Shown here one piece after another: positions 47,454 to 57,515 of a stretch of 57,515 nt of DNA (position 1 is the stretch's first letter; each line of letters starts with the position of its first letter). Under the pieces are notes generated by a model that made no database searches, was not told the origin of the DNA, and worked only from the letters and a program-made list of their open reading frames with translations. The position numbers and the translations under genes were made by a program. The DNA is from Macrostomum lignano. Taxonomy: Eukaryota. The stretch spans positions 1 through 57,515 of the forward strand of contig NIVC01004158.1 in the NCBI GenBank assembly GCA_002269645.1, read 5' to 3'.

Positions 47454-48055
47454 TTACAGTAATGTTGTGCAATCGTGCCCTTTTTCGCTCTCTCTCTGTG
47501 GGCTGTACACTGGATGGTTGAGAAGCCGAAAACCGAGTTCTTCCACTTTGGCTTCAGTGCGAGCAGCAGCATGAGCACGGGCATTGTCCCAGAGGATGAA
47601 GGGCCTCTGGCGCATGATGCGCCGCTTGCTCAGAACGGCATCGCACAGGCGATGAAGCTGACTAATGATGTAATCAGCGTTAATCGTCTGATCTTGTGGC
47701 AGGTAGTTCACCATCAAACCAAACAGTGCACATGATATTCTGCGTCCATGCCGACTTCATTGCCTTTTGGTGTGGATGGCATCCCTTTGGACCTCAATCC
47801 ATGGACTGCTGCTTGATGAAAGGTTAAACATTGGCAGTGGCGTCAAATTCCTTTAACTTACTGTCGCCGAGCTCATTGCACAATCTTTGAGTACTCCTCG
47901 TGTTGCGGAGTGCGACACACAGATGAGTTGTGGATGCCACAAGCACTTGCCATTTCACGCACACTTGCAGACGGATTGTTCATTAAATAATCCAGCACAG
48001 AAGTCCAGTCCTCAGAACCAAGGACCACTAGCATATAAGAGGACGTAAAACTCAC
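47454..48055 (-). pseudogene. Mariner transposase relic
   Basis: YLPQDQTINADY...ILWDNARAH...LLNHPVYSP catalytic-domain motifs and an upstream HTH-like SVREMASACGIHNSSV. Frames are broken. Confidence 0.85.
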
Positions 48056-48140
48056 GATTCGTGGAAAAATAGTTGAAGGCCGATTTTCGACGAAAAATGC
48101 TTTAGCGAGATGAGAATTTTATACTTTTTAATCAAAAAAG

Positions 48141-51100
48141 TTGAGTAACACATTGGCCATACCATATCGTTGCAAGACATCAAAATGTTTGTTTCCATTG
48201 AACAGCATGACGGTGCCCGATAGGTACCCACTTCCGCATATCCAGAATTTTCACCACCAACTTCGTGGCAGCAGCGTGTTTAGCAGATTGGACTTGGTCA
48301 AGGCCTACCATTTCATACCAGTTGCCGAGGAGGATATTTCCAAAACAGCAACCTGCACGCCATTCGGCTCTTTTGAATACGTCCGGATGCCATTCGGGTT
48401 GTGCAACGCCGGCAGCACATTTCAACGCTTCATCGATTCGCTGTTTCGAGACCTGACCTGTGTCATCACATGCGTTGACGATATACTGATTCACAGCAAG
48501 TCAGAGGCAGACCATCACAACGACATTCAGATCGTGCTGCAACGCCTACACAAAGAGGGGCTCCAAGTTCAACCCGCAAAATACCAGTTCTTTCAGAGTA
48601 GCATCGAATTTCTCGGTCATTTAGTCTCCAAAGACGGAGTCCAGCCACTACCATCCCGCGTGGAAGCGCTGTGACAGCTTTCACCTCCAGCAGACTTCAA
48701 GAGCCTTCAGCGCGTTCTCAGCATGTTCGGTTTCTACCAGAGCCATATTCCGAAATACGCAAGCATTGTGCAACCGCTGCGATCGCTCACCGAAATCGAT
48801 TATCATTGGCAAGCAGAACATGACGCCGCCTTCCGAGAGCTCCAGGATAGCCTAGCGGAAGATTGCTTGCCCAGGCTGCAGCAAGAGCATCTCGAAGGCA
48901 AATATAGCAAGACACTGGAAAGTCTGCACCGCGGAACCGACTCAAAGCCAATGAATGGCATGCCTCCTAGGAGGTCGAATGGCCATACAAGGACAAGGAC
49001 AAGGATAGCCTAGCGGCAGCGGTAACTTTCGCCTTTCCGACCCCAACTGGTTCATTTACCATCACGTCGGACGCCAGCTCGTTCGCATTGTGCGCCAGTT
49101 TGCACCAAAATATAGACGGCGATTCGGTCCCCATTGCGTTCTATTCACGGAAACTCACCAAAGCGGAAACGGCAAACAGCGCGTTCGACCGTGAACTTCT
49201 AGGCGTGTTTGCCGCCGTCAAGACATGGCGAAACATCATTCACGACCACCCCACGACCGTGTTTAGCGACCACAAGCCGTTAGTCGGTGCATTCAACAGC
49301 AATAAGGAGCGCCAGGGAAGCCTCTTTGTTCGCTTCGCTCACCAGGAAGCGACACTGAAATCGTGCCTATACAAGTTGGGTCTCGTTTTTCTTCCCCAGA
49401 CTACCTGAGAGCCCACTTATTTCAGTGCGCTCAGTATGAAAAAAGTGTATAAATTGATACGTGTTTATTTGGAAAATAAAAGGCTGCAATTACATTAAAA
49501 TTATACAACAAATAAATGAAACTGAAAAATATTAAAATCATCATTAAATATTATGCACAAAAAATTAATCTCGGCTTAAAATCTGAGCTTCCCTCATTAA
49601 AACGCATATTAAACAGCTAACTCGAACTCTTGCTGGAAAGCTTGGACGCCTTACGATTCGTCACCTTCTGCAGTTCTTCGCCTTCTCATCGTTTGTCTCA
49701 TTGACAAAATTCTTTAGATAAATCCGGACTGCAGGAATTAAGATCCGCAAAGTGCTGGGGCACTTAAGACCGCCTCGGTCACGCATTTGAATCAGGGCAA
49801 AGCCGTCAGCACAGTCCTCTTCCGCAATAAACTCCAAGTAATCGTTAGTAAGTAGAAGATTCTTGCAGTCAGTGCACTTCAGCTGGCCGCATAGAGCTTT
49901 AGACACGTAGCCACCAAGATAGGAACAAATGTTTCGGTCACTAGATGTAAGAGCGGCGTCAAGATGCTGGAGACCTGGAAGCTTCACGGATAAGAGTGGA
50001 TTAAACAACTCGGACGAACTCGCCTGGTCAAGAATTTTTAAATCTTTCAGTCCAAGGCCATGAAACTGAAGCAGGCTGGAAACGCGAATTTTCTTCTCGG
50101 CTTGAAGGATCTGCCGGACAGAAACAAAATAGTTGCCTCCGTGAAACTGGCGGTAGCGACCAAAGCGCCACTCGATCCAGTCACTGACTATCCTACCTGT
50201 CAAAACAGAGGGAAATAAATACCTAGAGAAAAGGTGCTCGGAAAGATCAGCAAGAGTGAGACAGCAGGACTTAACGGCAAGGAAAGTGGGAGCAGTCAAG
50301 CCGGGCAACTTCGAATCCTCCCAACGTTGGAAGAAATCGGCAAACTGGCGCAGCTTGTCGAGGCGGTGATCGTTTGGCACCAGCGGAGCGGCGTCGGGAA
50401 GCCGCTTTTCCTTCGCTTTCCTAGTGGTCTTGACATTCCAGATCGTCCACATGTTAAGAATGAGCGCTAGGAAAGCTACCAAGCCAGAGGAAAAATTGTA
50501 GAACTTTGCTGCTTCTACAGTAGACTCGCTGAAGATGCTGGCTGCGTGCTGAACATTAGTCTTCTCCAGGTTCGTTGGATTCAAGGACATTGTGTTCAGT
50601 TGAAAGGCGATCCGAGCTGGTTGCCCAAGTTCTTGCTCATGAAGTTTGTGCAAATCGCGAAAATCTGCTGTTTGGATTTTTTGGGGATCGGTGAAGTCCG
50701 GAAATCGGAACACCTGGCTCGAAATCCAATTGTTCAAGATGTTCTTAAAGTTGTGTACAGGGTCGAAGAGAAGGAACAGCGGCTCGCCAGACACCGGATT
50801 TGGACTTGATGATTGCAGCTTGCCTTTGCATAGAAGACCTTGAAAGAGGCTCCTATTCACTGCATTGTTGTCAACAATGCACACCACTGGATTCAGGTGA
50901 ACCCGATCAAGCAGAGCAAGGCAGTCAGAGAGGTGATTTTGCAAGTCCAGAGCACTAAGCCTACTTTTTGGAATAAGAGAAATTGCTTCCTGGAAGTCTC
51001 CATGCAGCGACTTGATCAAAAAAGCGCACACAGTTTTGGCGAGCTCATCGGTTTCTGAGTCAGTGCCAAATATCTTGCCTCCACTGAATTCCATTCGCTT

Positions 51101-52790
51101 CGACGAATAAATTTCGTCGATTGCAAGAAGCACTACCCTCTCAGACTCAGGCAGGCTGTAAACTTTTAGCTTAAGATAATCTTCGGTAGCCTTGATGTCA
51201 GGGTCATTGCTCAATCCGGAAGAAAGCCTCTGCAGATGCCTAACACTTGGGAGGCTGACTATGTTGGATTTCCGAGTGAAATTGTACGCTGATGGGCTGT
51301 GGCGCTGCAACAAGTATGAAAAAGCAAGTAGCTCGCTGGAGCTTCCCCTTCTTCAAACTCGAAAAGCTTAGCTGCTCGACAAGAAAATTCAGTTTAGCAA
51401 AAGCAGCCTCCTCAATGGATGTATCCAGCTCTTGATCACTCTTGACTTCAATCTTAGCTGACAAGTCGGTGACAGCTTTCGTGACTGCCTCCTGAGCTAG
51501 TAAGAGGTGCTCCTCATAACCATGCCGGCAATCTTCCAAACGGACATTTTTTAGCCTAGCTAGGATGTTTTCAAGTTGGGCAAAGGTTTAAGACTGCCAT
51601 CAGCTACCAGATCTCCAGCAAAAAAGGCTTGCTTATCACCACCAACTGTGACCTCAAACAGCAGCTCTTGGCCAACATTCAGCGATGTGGCGATCTCCAA
51701 GTTGCCGGCACCGGACATTCTAGTTGTAAAAAAGGTTAACCTCGATTCAGAGATCACCTTGAAAAGATTCAAGGTGATCTCTGAGGTGATCACCTTCAGA
51801 GATCTACCTCGCAACGCTGAATGTCGTTCTCTCGACGGCTCTCAGCCGATGTACAAACCGTTTGCCTCTCTTCCTGGACGGCCTTGCTCAAGTAGGGTGC
51901 AACATTCGGGAAGATGCACGGCACAGCATCATCTGTCAGACGCCGGTTTTTCAGCTTAGAAGTAGCAGTCGATGGATCGTCAGATGCCGGCCTTTTGTGA
52001 TTTGGGTTGGAATCCGCAGAGACAGTCACAAAAAACTTACCTGGAAAATGCAGAGAGCAAACCCGATAGTTGTGACTTAAGTCGGACCGCAGCTTACACA
52101 GCTCGGCCTCAGTCCATTGTAGAGGAATTGTAGCGATCCACTTGTTCAGCAGATCCAGATTCTCAATAGAATATTCTTGTGGATGGAAACAGTCGGGTCC
52201 TTCTTATACCGAGGCAAATTAGTAACACAAGCTGGAACACAGCACTTGTATCCTCAATCGATGTATTATGCAAATAAATGTTCGATAAAAAAATTAGAGT
52301 TTAGAAAATCAGAGAATTGCTCAGAGAGTGAGTTGATATCAGTTGTTTTTTGCTGCCTAAATGATATCCTGCACGAGAAGATATAGGCATAGCATAGAAA
52401 ATATATGAGTAATTCAGTGTACAGTAAACGAAGGACAAAAATTTTTTGCTTCCCAAGTTCCCAAAACGAGACTAAACTTGTAGAGGAGGTGGGGAGGGGC
52501 CATGTGAGTGTCGCTTCCTGGTGAGCGAAGCGAACAAAGAGGCTTGCCTGGGAGCGCCTATCCGATCGGCAGCAGCGCCAGTTGGCCACTATCTCAGAAT
52601 ATGTGATCGACATCATTCACATCCCGGGAGCCAAGAAAGTGGTCGCCGATACCTTATCTCGTGACACTGTCAAACCTAGCGAGCACACAGTGAACACTGT
52701 CCAATCGGAAGACGTGCACACCAAGGACTACTTAAGAACACAGGACGTTACACTTGCAAATATTGGCAGAATTCTAAAAGGCCGCTTTGA
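48141..52790 (+). mobile_element. Gypsy LTR-retrotransposon pol fragment (RT-RNase H), split by a P element at 49313-52550
   Basis: [67 protein letters not shown]. It resumes at 52551 as LSDRQQRQLATISEY...HIPGAKKVVADTLSR. Stops and frameshifts are present. Confidence 0.92.
49313..52550 (-). mobile_element. P-superfamily (THAP9-like) DNA transposon, 3238 bp, ~40-bp TIRs, 7-bp TSD GGAGCGC; transposase frameshifted
   Basis: TIR CAGG[G/C]AAGCCTCTTTGTTCGCTTCGCTCACCAGGAAGCGACAC at both ends. THAP motifs KCCVPAC (~52230), W...VCSLHF and AVPCIF. Catalytic ORF 49661-51313 has LAIDE, IVDN, FDPVHNFKN and DWIEWRFGRYRQ. Confidence 0.93.
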
Positions 52791-53329
52791 ATGCATGTGT
52801 CTATGGTTTTAGTGGCCTTTTTGCTATTTGAAGCAATGTGTATAATACATGAATAGAAATTAAAGCCTAGTGAATAAAGCTTTTTATATGAGTAGTAGAG
52901 GATAACACAACTCTGCCGCAGGGAAAGCCACGGAAATTCCGTGGGTCCGGATCAGAAGGGCGCCTATGTGTTTGCATAGCTCAACTCTGCCGCAGGCAAA
53001 GCCATGGGAATTCCTTAGACTCCTAATGAGAGTACATAGGCACCTGTGTCCCATAGGGGTAATGTGAATACATAGCCGCATGTGTTTACATAGGAGATAT
53101 TTGTATATAAACCAGAAAATTTGTTTTCACAAATAATAAAAAAAATTGAAATTCTCGCTCCGTTACATCGTAATAACTAATTAATAATGGTCGATATTGG
53201 AGAAGGCTACAAACTTCAAGTACAAGAGTATGAAGGAGTACAGTTTATTGCGATTCGGAAATTTTATCGACATGGCAGCACAGCAAGTTTAAAACCTGGC
53301 GTTCCCGGATTTAACCTCAACATCCGACA

Positions 53330-53929
53330 ATGGGAGAAGTTGAAAGACTGAAGCGAACTCTCGTGAAGGCGGCCCTAGGCGGGCAACAGAGGATCATCAA
53401 ACTCGGTTTTGATAAGTTTTTTGAGGTTAAGAACGGCATCATCTGGCTAAGACGGCTTCCAGAAGATTGTTGCGAAGAATTTTTGAAGCGAAACACTGTG
53501 GCTTTGGCACCAGCTCTGTGGCGAAAACTGTGGGAGCAGGCTGCATGGATCGACGAGCAGCTGTCTGCCCCACGCCAAATTTCTGATGTGTATGAGCTGG
53601 AGTCGGGATCTTCGAGCGAGAGCAACGGTGATGATGATGACAACAGCAACAAGGACGACATCGTGCGGCTTGTGAAGACTGAGGATGAGGGCGTCCAATC
53701 AAGCACTCTGCGCATCGACGATGAAGTGGTCACATCAACGCCTCTACCGGTGACAAGTGCTGCAGCTGGCTTTATCCCAAAGCAGGATTCGGATTTGCTG
53801 CAGGACCCAGTCTGGTATCGCTTCCGGGCTGAAGCAGCTGCGGTCGAGAACGTCAGGAAGCGCAAGCAGCCATATCCGCTGCGCAGGCAGAATGCCATAA
53901 GACTGCGCCTCAATGAGGATGAGGAGTGA
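53330..53929 (+). CDS. Polinton ORF with putative PC4/Sub1-like ssDNA-binding N-domain and acidic tail
   Basis: IIWLRR...KRNTVALAPALWRKLWEQAAWIDEQL resembles the recalled PC4 IDIREYW...[25 protein letters not shown]. Confidence 0.55.
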   Translation: MGEVERLKRTLVKAALGGQQRIIKLGFDKFFEVKNGIIWLRRLPEDCCEEFLKRNTVALAPALWRKLWEQAAWIDEQLSAPRQISDVYELESGSSSESNGDDDDNSNKDDIVRLVKTEDEGVQSSTLRIDDEVVTSTPLPVTSAAAGFIPKQDSDLLQDPVWYRFRAEAAAVENVRKRKQPYPLRRQNAIRLRLNEDEE

Positions 53930-54382
53930 AGAAGAAGAATAATAAGAAGTGCTTTGAAGAACTTTGATGATTGGTGACAGACTTAAATTGGCTCATTTAA
54001 CAATTTCTATAATTAACATTGCTCATTTATCCAGAAAACTTAATTAAGTCTCTCCATTTGAGAAAATCATGCAACTTATTGTTTCTTATCGGCTGAAAAA
54101 TATAAAAGCTTCTTTTCATAAAAAAAATTGTTTTCCTTTGTTCTTGTGCTTAAGAGAAAATTAGACTGTTGACTTTTGTTTCTTGAGAAAATGGAAAAAA
54201 ATTACTTTGCTCCTGGCCAACCAGCTAGTTTTTCAGTTTGCTCAAAGCTGCTGCATCAAGTTGGAGAAGAGGGTGGGCATAAAAATTGAAAGAGCATTGA
54301 ACAGTGGCTCAATGAGCAAGCCGCGAAAAGAAGAACTTTAAAAAATTTGTTTTGCAGGCTTTCATTCAGCTTGATTTTGATA

Positions 54383-55453
54383 ATGGAAAAGATCTACTAC
54401 AACCCTGCTCAGCCTGCCAGTTTCTCGGGTGTCTCAAAGCTTCTGCACGAGCTCAAGAAAACACAGGATAATCGTGAATCTAAAAAGAGCATCGGACAAT
54501 GGCTGACTGAGCAGCCTGTGTACACACTGCACAAGCAAGCTAGGAGACGCTATCCTATGGCACCAATCATTGTTAGGGCTATTGATGATCAGTGGGAACT
54601 TGACCTGGTTGAGATGATACCATTTGCAAAATACAATAACGGCTATAAGTATATTCTCACATGTATAGATGTCCTCTCTAAATCTGGTTGGGCCAGGCCT
54701 CTAAAAAACAAATCAGCTGCGGAAGTCAAGTTCGCATTCGAGAGTATCCTGAGGTGCTCAAAGCGCCAGCCACGCACAGTCCGCACGGATCAAGGAAAAG
54801 AGTTCATCAATACCAATTTTCGGGAGTTCTGTATAAGCAAGGGAATTTTGGCATTCCCCACTAATAGTGAGCAAAAAGCAGCCATCATAGAGAGGTGGAA
54901 TAGAACTTTGAAAAACAAAATGTGGCGATATTTCACCCACAAGAGCACTTTGCATTGGGTTGATGTGTTGCCAAAGCTGGTCAAGTCGTACAACAGCACT
55001 TACCACAGAAGCATCAAAATGGCACCGACTAGCGTATGCAAAGAGAATGAGACTGAGGTCTGGATGAACCTTTACAATGGAAGAGCCATTGAGACTGTGA
55101 AGAAGCCAAAGAAGCCCAAATTCAGTGAAAAGCAGTCAGTGAGAATTTCCAATGCACCCAGGCTATTCCGCAAAGGATACAAGGCCAACTGGAGTGAGGA
55201 GGTGTACACTGTAGTATGTAGGGCACCGAAGCACTATCCGTACATGTACAAGATTAGGGACATGAAGGGTGAGGAGATCCGGGGTCTCTTTCATGAGCAT
55301 GAGCTGCAGGCGGTGCCGGACTCACAGCGCCTGTATGTGATTGAGAAGATCCTGGAAACGGAGAAGCGGAAGGGAAAGATTCGCTATCTGGTGAAGTGGG
55401 CCGGCTACGACTGGACAGGCTGGGTGGATGAAAAAGACTTAAGAAAGGTTTAG
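54383..55453 (+). CDS. Polinton retroviral-type DDE integrase with C-terminal chromodomain
   Basis: MEKIYYNPAQPASFSGVSKL, WELDLVEM, YKYILTCIDVLSK, RTDQGKEF, KAAIIERWNRTLK, YNSTYHRSIKMAP, GYKANWSEE, IEKIL...YLVKWAGY...WV. The ORF is intact. Confidence 0.93.
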   Translation: MEKIYYNPAQPASFSGVSKLLHELKKTQDNRESKKSIGQWLTEQPVYTLHKQARRRYPMAPIIVRAIDDQWELDLVEMIPFAKYNNGYKYILTCIDVLSKSGWARPLKNKSAAEVKFAFESILRCSKRQPRTVRTDQGKEFINTNFREFCISKGILAFPTNSEQKAAIIERWNRTLKNKMWRYFTHKSTLHWVDVLPKLVKSYNSTYHRSIKMAPTSVCKENETEVWMNLYNGRAIETVKKPKKPKFSEKQSVRISNAPRLFRKGYKANWSEEVYTVVCRAPKHYPYMYKIRDMKGEEIRGLFHEHELQAVPDSQRLYVIEKILETEKRKGKIRYLVKWAGYDWTGWVDEKDLRKV

Positions 55454-55472
55454 CTTTGGCACATCCCTCATC

Positions 55473-56438
55473 ATGAAGTTTATCATTATAATGCGAACTA
55501 TTTTGATTAACAGTGAGCATGCTGAAGGTACTCCTAGTGACTTTAATTTTTACCTGCCTTCACCTATTTACTTGGATCGAAATGTGGGCTATGAGGCAGG
55601 TCTGGCTGAAATCCATCTGCCTGCTGCATGGTTCAATGTTGACGAGCCTTACTGCTTCACTGTCTCAGATGGAAGAGAGCATGAGGCCCTGGTTCTTCAA
55701 CCCGGACGCTTTGCTAGAGTGGAGGAGCTGGTGGAGCGCCTGAATGAGCTGCTGGCCAACTCTGATTCGCTATTCTTTGATGCAATGAGTGACAGGGAGT
55801 CTGAGATGGAGGCTGATGAGTCCGGCCTGATGGGGCGTAGTGGCAACAGGGAATTCGGTATGAAGTTCGAAATCCGCAACTCACGAACTGTGGTGCACAA
55901 CAACACTGCGAGAGCAGAGCTGTTTCTTCCATCCAGCAAAATTCTGCATTGGCTGGGATTTGGAAACCAGGCTGTGAAAATCCAGCCAGGGAGCCGCGTG
56001 TCCGAGCACTGCATTGGCTGCCCGCGCACCAGCTTAATCAATGTGCACTGCAGTATCGTTGAGTCAACTAATTGCAACTTGGGCTCCCTGTTGAGAACAG
56101 TTGGAATGAAAGCCGGCATTGAATGGGGCAACTATCAAACAAAAATATTTAAGAAAACAATATTCTTGCCGATTCAACGAATCAGTCTTCTTCACAGCAT
56201 TCGAGTTCAGCTGCGTGACATCTATGGTTGCCCACTGATTGCCCAGACACTCAGCCCTGTTCTGCTCACAGTTCAGATTCGGAGAAACGCATTCAATGAA
56301 CTACCAGCAGCTGATCCAGCAATATTCGGGGGTGAGGACAGGACACGAAAAGCCTGCACTCTATGGCTGTGGGAGCTTTCCGGGGATCATGACATACCAG
56401 CCTCCTCCAGCGGCTACATCATCATTCTCAACGCATAG
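55473..56438 (+). CDS. Polinton minor capsid (penton) protein, possibly read through past its native stop near 56297
   Basis: PSDFNFYLPSPIYL...YEAGLAEIHLP..WFNV, LINVHCSIVES, LLRTV, FLPIQ...SIRVQLRDIYG is the typical mCP pattern. Confidence 0.8.
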   Translation: MKFIIIMRTILINSEHAEGTPSDFNFYLPSPIYLDRNVGYEAGLAEIHLPAAWFNVDEPYCFTVSDGREHEALVLQPGRFARVEELVERLNELLANSDSLFFDAMSDRESEMEADESGLMGRSGNREFGMKFEIRNSRTVVHNNTARAELFLPSSKILHWLGFGNQAVKIQPGSRVSEHCIGCPRTSLINVHCSIVESTNCNLGSLLRTVGMKAGIEWGNYQTKIFKKTIFLPIQRISLLHSIRVQLRDIYGCPLIAQTLSPVLLTVQIRRNAFNELPAADPAIFGGEDRTRKACTLWLWELSGDHDIPASSSGYIIILNA

Positions 56439-56685
56439 CAATGTCAGGCGCAAAAGAAATACTGAAGCAAGTCCGAAACGATTGAAGAAGAAGAAGTACA
56501 CCCGAAAGGCAACTGGTAGAGATCGCACCAATAAGAGGTGCAATGAAAGAAATCCAAGCAAGGCTAGTAGGAAAAAGCTTAAGAATAGGAAGACGAAAGC
56601 AAAGAAGAATGCAGCAGGCGGAGGAAAGCGAAAGCGAAAAGTCAGCAAGAAAACTGTGAAACGCGTGCTCGACTCTCTGTCATAG
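56296..56685 (+). CDS. Small highly basic Polinton protein (putative DNA-packaging core protein)
   Basis: MNYQQLIQQYSG...LYGCG followed by a K/R-rich C-terminal half. It lies between the penton and MCP genes. The start position is approximate. Confidence 0.55.
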   Translation: MNYQQLIQQYSGVRTGHEKPALYGCGSFPGIMTYQPPPAATSSFSTHSNVRRKRNTEASPKRLKKKKYTRKATGRDRTNKRCNERNPSKASRKKLKNRKTKAKKNAAGGGKRKRKVSKKTVKRVLDSLS

Positions 56686-56687
56686 AC

Positions 56688-57515
56688 ATGGCTTACGGAT
56701 TCAATCCCAGACTTGATTTATTTAAGACGCCCGTTCTACAAACCTGCATTGAAAAAGCTACTTATGTTGATATTCACCCAGTAAATTCCATTACTGCAAA
56801 CTCCCCCATTGAATTTGACTGTCACCAATCTGCCGATGAATACACAGATCTGCTGAATTCTTTTCTTTATATTCGCTGCCGCCTTGTGAGACTGGATGGG
56901 GGTTTGCTGAGGGAGGATGTTCGAGATGGAGATGGCATCATCACCGAGCGCAGAGACAGTGATGTGCACCCAGAAAACTTTGTTCTGTCTACAGCCTTCT
57001 CAGATGTAATTGTGAGCATTAACCAGCGAGTGGTGTCTGGTGGAGACCAGCTCTATCCCTACCATGCGTACTTCAAAGCACTAATGAGCTCATCCGATGC
57101 CCAGCAACTAAAACTTTACCCTGCTGGCTTCCTGGAGCCGGACTCGGCAGCTGAAGAGCACACGGAGAGCCACAGGGAATCCCGATGGATGGAGTATGCG
57201 GGGCCGCTCTTCAGCGATGTTTTCCAGTGCCCAATGTTTCTGCTAAACAATCTGCACTTGCACATCAAACTGGTGCCCAGCGATGGGGCCTTTGCCATCA
57301 GAAGCCCGAATGCAAACAACGCGGCATACCGCATGGAAATCTCTCACTGCATTTTGCATCTTCGCCGAGTCAAAGTGGTGCCCCACATCAGCCTGGCCCA
57401 CGAGCAGGGGCTGACAAACCAAAATGCACTGTATCCCATCGAGCGAACTGAAATGCAGAACTTCATCCTACCCCAGGGCATTCAATCTAAAAACATTGAA
57501 GGATTCACTCATGGA
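56688..57515 (+). CDS. Polinton major capsid protein (double jelly-roll), 5' part, open to the window end
   Basis: Translated by hand from ATG 56688: MAYGFNPRLDLFKTPVLQTCIEKATYVDIHPVNSITANSPIEF...YTDLLNSFLYIRC...YPYHAYF...GPLFSDVFQ..MFLLNNLHLHIKL...LHLRRVKV...ALYPIERTEM. No stop in 276 codons. Confidence 0.88.
   Translation, partial: MAYGFNPRLDLFKTPVLQTCIEKATYVDIHPVNSITANSPIEFDCHQSADEYTDLLNSFLYIRCRLVRLDGGLLREDVRDGDGIITERRDSDVHPENFVLSTAFSDVIVSINQRVVSGGDQLYPYHAYFKALMSSSDAQQLKLYPAGFLEPDSAAEEHTESHRESRWMEYAGPLFSDVFQCPMFLLNNLHLHIKLVPSDGAFAIRSPNANNAAYRMEISHCILHLRRVKVVPHISLAHEQGLTNQNALYPIERTEMQNFILPQGIQSKNIEGFTHG

Larger units (their letters stand above)
52891..57515 (+). mobile_element. Polinton/Maverick virus-like element, left arm (runs off the window)
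   Basis: AGTAGTAG terminus at 52891 followed by repeat-containing TIR-like sequence, then co-oriented integrase, penton, basic protein and major capsid ORFs. Confidence 0.88.

Overview
Eukaryotic (metazoan) genomic DNA with GT-AG introns, GC-rich exons and AT-rich, minisatellite-filled introns. The style resembles the flatworm Macrostomum, but that is an inference. The left ~36 kb is gene-dense: BORCS7, AK6 and VPS72 (+ strand, tightly spaced, operon-like); an orphan GPCR-like membrane gene, UTP11 and RPL38 (-); a 6-exon RPIA (+); and a 4-exon GT61 glycosyltransferase (-). A secreted ALK/LTK-type glycine-rich protein gene (-) lies at 44-46 kb. The right end is a nest of mobile elements: a mariner relic, then a Gypsy pol fragment split by a full-length P/THAP transposon (7-bp TSD), then the left arm of a Polinton/Maverick virus-like element with a PC4-like ORF, integrase, penton, basic core-like protein and major capsid protein, which runs off the window. 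The most notable unexplained structures are: a head-to-tail pair of satellite-carrying Helitrons in the last RPIA intron; a minimal hammerhead ribozyme in the AK6 intron; a 55-bp tandem array that amplifies a gene's own start codon; and a 30-bp array built on a splice donor. Family assignments come from recalled motifs, not from database searches.
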